Sequence record: DRR723986_1863
Strand: one strand, 5' to 3'
Length of the DNA: 64,000 nucleotides
In this document: piece by piece, positions 60,276 to 64,000 of the stretch
How positions within the stretch are numbered: position 1 is the stretch's first letter
How the letters are laid out: each line of letters starts with the position of its first letter
Notes under the pieces: generated by a model
Told to the model about the DNA's origin: nothing
Seen by the model: the letters and a program-made list of their open reading frames with translations, nothing else
Database searches by the model: none
Made by a program: the position numbers and the translations under genes

Positions 60276-61136
60276 ATGCTTGCGCAAAAGAACTCCTCTC
60301 CGTTCCTGATGGGCTACCGGCTCTATGTCGTTGCCTTCTTCATCTTCCTGGCAGCGCCGCTGATTTCAGCCGGAGCCTTCGCCTTCAACGACAGTCTGTT
60401 CCCGGCACTGCCCTGGCAAGGTTTCACGCTGGACTGGTTCTTCAGCGACACCGAGCCAAAACTCGGCATGTTCCATGACCGGCGTTTGCTGCAAGGGCTT
60501 TATTATTCCTTCGTCATCGCAATCTTCGTGGCGGCACTCTCCGTCTTCGTCGGCACGACCAATGCGTTCCTGTTCGTGCGCGGCGAGTTTCCGGGCAAGA
60601 ACTTCTTCTACATTCTGATGGTGGTACCGCTGGTGATCCCGGGTGTCATCCTCGGCATCTCCATCCTGGTCCTGGCCAGCGACACCGCGAACTACATGGA
60701 AAACAGATTCGATCTGGAGCTTGAGTTCCTGAGGCCTGGCCTTCTGCTTGTCGTGTTCGGGCAGTTTTCCTTCATCACCACCATCACCTCGCTGGTGATC
60801 ACAGCCCGGCTGAAGAAATTCGACGCCACGATGGAAGAAGCCGCCTTCAACCTGGGGGCAAGCCGGGTCCGCGTGTTGCGCACCGTCACGCTGCCCTTCC
60901 TGCGTCCGGCGATGATCGCGGCCGGCATCGTTGCGTTCCTGGTCTCGTTCGAGAACTTCAACACCACGCTATTTCTTGTCGGCTCGGAAGCGCCGCTGAC
61001 GATCACCATGTATGACCGGATGGCAAAGGTCGGCTCGACGCCGGTCCTCAATGCCGTCTCCTTCGTGCTCATGGTCGGGTCCGGACTGCTTGCGCTGCTA
61101 TCGATTGCCATCCAGCGCGACAAGACCTCTCAATAG
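60276..61136 (+). CDS. PotC-family ABC permease
   Basis: GFTLDWF, MEEAAFNLGA. Confidence 0.9.
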   Translation: MLAQKNSSPFLMGYRLYVVAFFIFLAAPLISAGAFAFNDSLFPALPWQGFTLDWFFSDTEPKLGMFHDRRLLQGLYYSFVIAIFVAALSVFVGTTNAFLFVRGEFPGKNFFYILMVVPLVIPGVILGISILVLASDTANYMENRFDLELEFLRPGLLLVVFGQFSFITTITSLVITARLKKFDATMEEAAFNLGASRVRVLRTVTLPFLRPAMIAAGIVAFLVSFENFNTTLFLVGSEAPLTITMYDRMAKVGSTPVLNAVSFVLMVGSGLLALLSIAIQRDKTSQ

Positions 61137-61144
61137 GAGCATTC

Positions 61145-62767
61145 ATGGCGGAGTTCGACTTTGTCATCGTCGGCGCGGGCTCGGCAGGCTCGGTGCTTGC
61201 CGACCGGCTGTCAGAAGACGGCAAATACACCGTCTGTCTTCTGGAGGCGGGCGGCTCGGATCTCAATTTCTGGATCTGGATGCCGATCGGCTACGGCAAG
61301 GCTTTCTATAACCGGAACATCAACTGGATGTACCACACCGAGGCGGACCCGGGGCTCAACGACCGCTCCGGCTACTGGCCGCGCGGCAAGGTGCTGGGCG
61401 GGTCCAGCTCGATCAATGCCATGGTCTATATCCGCGGTCAGCATGCGGATTTCGAGGACTGGAAGGCCCTCGGCAACACCGGCTGGGGCTGGCAGGACGT
61501 TCTGCCCTATTTCAAGCGCTCGGAAACCAATTGCAACGGTGCCGACGACTATCGCGGCGGGGATGGCCCGCTTTATGTCTCCTCCATGGACAAGGACGTC
61601 CACCCGCTGTGTCAAAACTTCCTGGCAGCCAGCGAGGAAGCCGGCTTCAGCCGCAACCCGGATTTCAATGGCAGAAGCCAGGAAGGTGTCGGCCTCTACC
61701 AGATAACCGCGAAAAACGGGTTCCGCATGTCGACGGCCCGCGCCTATCTTTCACGCGCGAAAAAACGCCAGAATGTCTCCATCCTGACCAACGCACACAC
61801 GACCCGGCTGATCCTTGAAAACGGACGGGCGACCGGTGTCGTCTACAGCCGAGGCGGCACCGAGCAGACCGTGAAGGCCCGCCGGGAAGTGATCCTCAGT
61901 GCAGGTGCCGTCAACTCGCCGCAAATCCTCATGCTGTCCGGCATTGGTGATGGTGCGGAACTGCAGGCCAAGGGCATCACCTCCACCTTGCACAGTCCTG
62001 CTGTTGGCAAGAACCTGCAGGACCATCTTGGCCTCGACTATCTCTACCGGTCCAAAGTGCCGACGCTGAACCAGCAGCTTTATCCCTGGTGGGGCAAGCT
62101 CGCCCAGGGCATCCGCTATGTCCTGACCCGCAGTGGTCCGCTATCGCTCAGCGTCAATCAGGCTGGTGGCTTCGTCAAAAGCAATCCGGATTGTGAACGG
62201 CCGAACATCCAGCTTTACTTCTCGCCCGTCAGCTACACCAAGGCGCCGAAGGGGAAACGTCCGCTGATGAACCCGGACCCTTTCCCCGGTTTCCTCCTCG
62301 GCTTCCAGCCGACACGGCCAACCAGCCGCGGCCATATCTGCCTGCGCTCCACCGATCCGTTCGACATGCCTGAGATCCACCCGAACTCGCTCAGCACCAA
62401 CCGCGATCTAACTGAGATGATCGAAGGCAGCAAGCTGATGCGCAAGATCGCCGAAAGTCCTGCCATGCAATCGGTTATCGACGAGGAGATCACACCCGGC
62501 CCGGGTGTCCAGACCGACGAGGACATGCTGGCGGATGTCCGCAGCCGCTGTTCCACCGTCTTCCACCCTGTCAGCACCTGCCGCATGGGACCGGAGGCAG
62601 GCGAAAACGTCGTCGACACGCGTCTACGAGTTTACGGGGTCGAAGGGCTTCGGGTTGTCGATGCCTCGATTTTCCCGACGGTCACCTCCGGCAACACCAA
62701 TGCACCTGCGATCATGGTCGGCGAAAAAGGCGCGGACCTTATCCTGGAAGACACGCGAGCGGCGTAA
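61145..62767 (+). CDS. GMC oxidoreductase (choline dehydrogenase-like, substrate unknown)
   Basis: GAGSAG, RGKVLGGSSSINAM, NLQDH, FHPVSTCRMG, GNTNAP. Confidence 0.92.
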   Translation: MAEFDFVIVGAGSAGSVLADRLSEDGKYTVCLLEAGGSDLNFWIWMPIGYGKAFYNRNINWMYHTEADPGLNDRSGYWPRGKVLGGSSSINAMVYIRGQHADFEDWKALGNTGWGWQDVLPYFKRSETNCNGADDYRGGDGPLYVSSMDKDVHPLCQNFLAASEEAGFSRNPDFNGRSQEGVGLYQITAKNGFRMSTARAYLSRAKKRQNVSILTNAHTTRLILENGRATGVVYSRGGTEQTVKARREVILSAGAVNSPQILMLSGIGDGAELQAKGITSTLHSPAVGKNLQDHLGLDYLYRSKVPTLNQQLYPWWGKLAQGIRYVLTRSGPLSLSVNQAGGFVKSNPDCERPNIQLYFSPVSYTKAPKGKRPLMNPDPFPGFLLGFQPTRPTSRGHICLRSTDPFDMPEIHPNSLSTNRDLTEMIEGSKLMRKIAESPAMQSVIDEEITPGPGVQTDEDMLADVRSRCSTVFHPVSTCRMGPEAGENVVDTRLRVYGVEGLRVVDASIFPTVTSGNTNAPAIMVGEKGADLILEDTRAA

Positions 62768-62775
62768 GGCACGTA

Positions 62776-64000
62776 ATGACTCAGGCTCTTTTTGCGGACA
62801 ACTACAAGACGACACCATACTGGCAGGATATCGCGCCCAAACTCGCACTGCCGGATACCGGCTTGCCGGCAGAGGTCGATGTGTTGGTGGTTGGCGGTGG
62901 CTACACCGGCCTGAACGCCGCACTGCAAACCGCCCGTGAAGGCCTCGGCACACTGGTTCTCGATGCGGAAGATCCGGGTTGGGGCTGCAGCATGCGCAAT
63001 GGCGGCCAGCTTTCGACCAGCCTCAAGCCGTCCTTTTCCAACCTGGCGGGCCGTTACGGCAGGGAGCTCGCCACCCAGCTTTGCCTGGAAGGCCAGGCGT
63101 CTCTTGACTACATGCACGCACTTTCAAGGGAAGATGGACTGGAGATGGGCCTACGGGAAACCGGCCGCTTCCACGGCGCCCACAAGTCCCATCTTTACGA
63201 GAGCCTTGCCAGAGACTGTGCCGCCGGACACCCCGTGTGGAAGACCGATGCCTTCATGGTGCCGAAAAGCGACATGGCACGGGAGCTTGGGACCGACGCC
63301 TATCATGGCGGTATCGTCAATCCGCGTCATTGCAGCATCGATGTCAGCAAATACCATCCTTCACTGTTGAACAAGGTGCTGGCGGAAGGCGCGATGGTGC
63401 GCGGCAAGTGCCGGGTGGTGTCGCTTGAACGCGAGACGTCAGGCTTCAAGGTCCTGACAAGCGACGGCTCCCTCAAGGCAGGCAAGGTCGTTCTGGCGAC
63501 CAATGGTTACTCAGCCCCCCTGTCTCCCTGGCTTCAGCGACGGCTGATCCCGATCGGCTCCTACGTGATCGCGACGGAAGAAATCCCCAGTGAAACGATT
63601 GACCGGCTGTTTCCGACGGACCGGGTCCTCTCCGACACCAGAAAACTGGTCTATTACTACCGGCTGTCCCCCGACAGGAAGCGCGTGCTGTTTGGCGGCC
63701 GGGTCTCCTTGAGCGAAACGGACCCGCGCAACAGCGCGCTCAAGCTCCACCGCGATATGACAGCCCTCTTTCCGGAACTTGGCTCCGTGCGGATCAGCCA
63801 CGCCTGGATGGGGTTTGTCGGCTACACCTTCGACACGCTCGCCCATGCTGGCGAAGACAACGGCCTGTTTCACGCGGGCGGCTATTGCGGGTCCGGGGTA
63901 GGTATGGCGAGTTATCTCGGCATGCGTATGGGCCAGAAAGCTGCCGGCCGTGAAAAATCACTCTCCGCTTTCGAGAAGATCCCCTTCCCGACCCGGCCGC
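62776..64000 (+). CDS. FAD-dependent amine oxidoreductase (PuuB/DadA family), 3' end runs off the window
   Basis: Not in the ORF track. Manual translation from ATG 62776: MTQALFADNYKTTPYW...VVGGGYTGL...GCSMRNGG...LATNGY...GGYCGSGVG. Confidence 0.88.
   Translation, partial: MTQALFADNYKTTPYWQDIAPKLALPDTGLPAEVDVLVVGGGYTGLNAALQTAREGLGTLVLDAEDPGWGCSMRNGGQLSTSLKPSFSNLAGRYGRELATQLCLEGQASLDYMHALSREDGLEMGLRETGRFHGAHKSHLYESLARDCAAGHPVWKTDAFMVPKSDMARELGTDAYHGGIVNPRHCSIDVSKYHPSLLNKVLAEGAMVRGKCRVVSLERETSGFKVLTSDGSLKAGKVVLATNGYSAPLSPWLQRRLIPIGSYVIATEEIPSETIDRLFPTDRVLSDTRKLVYYYRLSPDRKRVLFGGRVSLSETDPRNSALKLHRDMTALFPELGSVRISHAWMGFVGYTFDTLAHAGEDNGLFHAGGYCGSGVGMASYLGMRMGQKAAGREKSLSAFEKIPFPTRP

Noticed and set aside
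61145-62767. betA choline dehydrogenase
   Set aside because: Generic GMC motifs only, and no betI/betB/betC context
1-64000. CRISPR array, rRNA, tRNA, IS elements
   Set aside because: No regularly spaced repeats or recognisable RNA or transposase signatures seen by eye

Overview
GC-rich alphaproteobacterial chromosomal segment, most likely Roseibium (Labrenzia) aggregatum or a close relative. That assignment rests on my recall that the 1005-2108 protein closely resembles the characterised L. aggregata cis-3-hydroxy-L-proline dehydratase; I did not check it by search. Left to right the window holds: a hydroxyproline catabolic/ABC-uptake cluster with a GntR regulator; a coupled OpuAC-like/L,D-transpeptidase/lipoprotein unit; a beta-CASP nuclease; a patatin with a PhaR-type box; TetR plus an RND efflux pump; LysR plus a DabAB inorganic-carbon pump; RidA plus a WYL regulator; an ECF sigma/anti-sigma module with three matching promoters; a LacI-controlled ribitol operon; a type I secretion (T1SS) locus; a candidate sRNA; and a MocR-regulated catabolic cluster of unknown substrate. 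The best candidate for an undescribed system is the T1SS locus (about 40.5-52.5 kb). Two short, very acidic, signal-less paralogs each carry one copy of a three-part motif, and a 674-aa neighbour carries about five tandem copies of it. Beside them are a PrtD/HlyD exporter, a caspase-Sel1-peptidoglycan-binding protein, an AT-rich control region, an atypical LuxR regulator and a HEPN-like protein. This suggests a T1SS-exported polymerising fibre or matrix, which is inference. I saw no rRNA, tRNA, CRISPR array or transposase.
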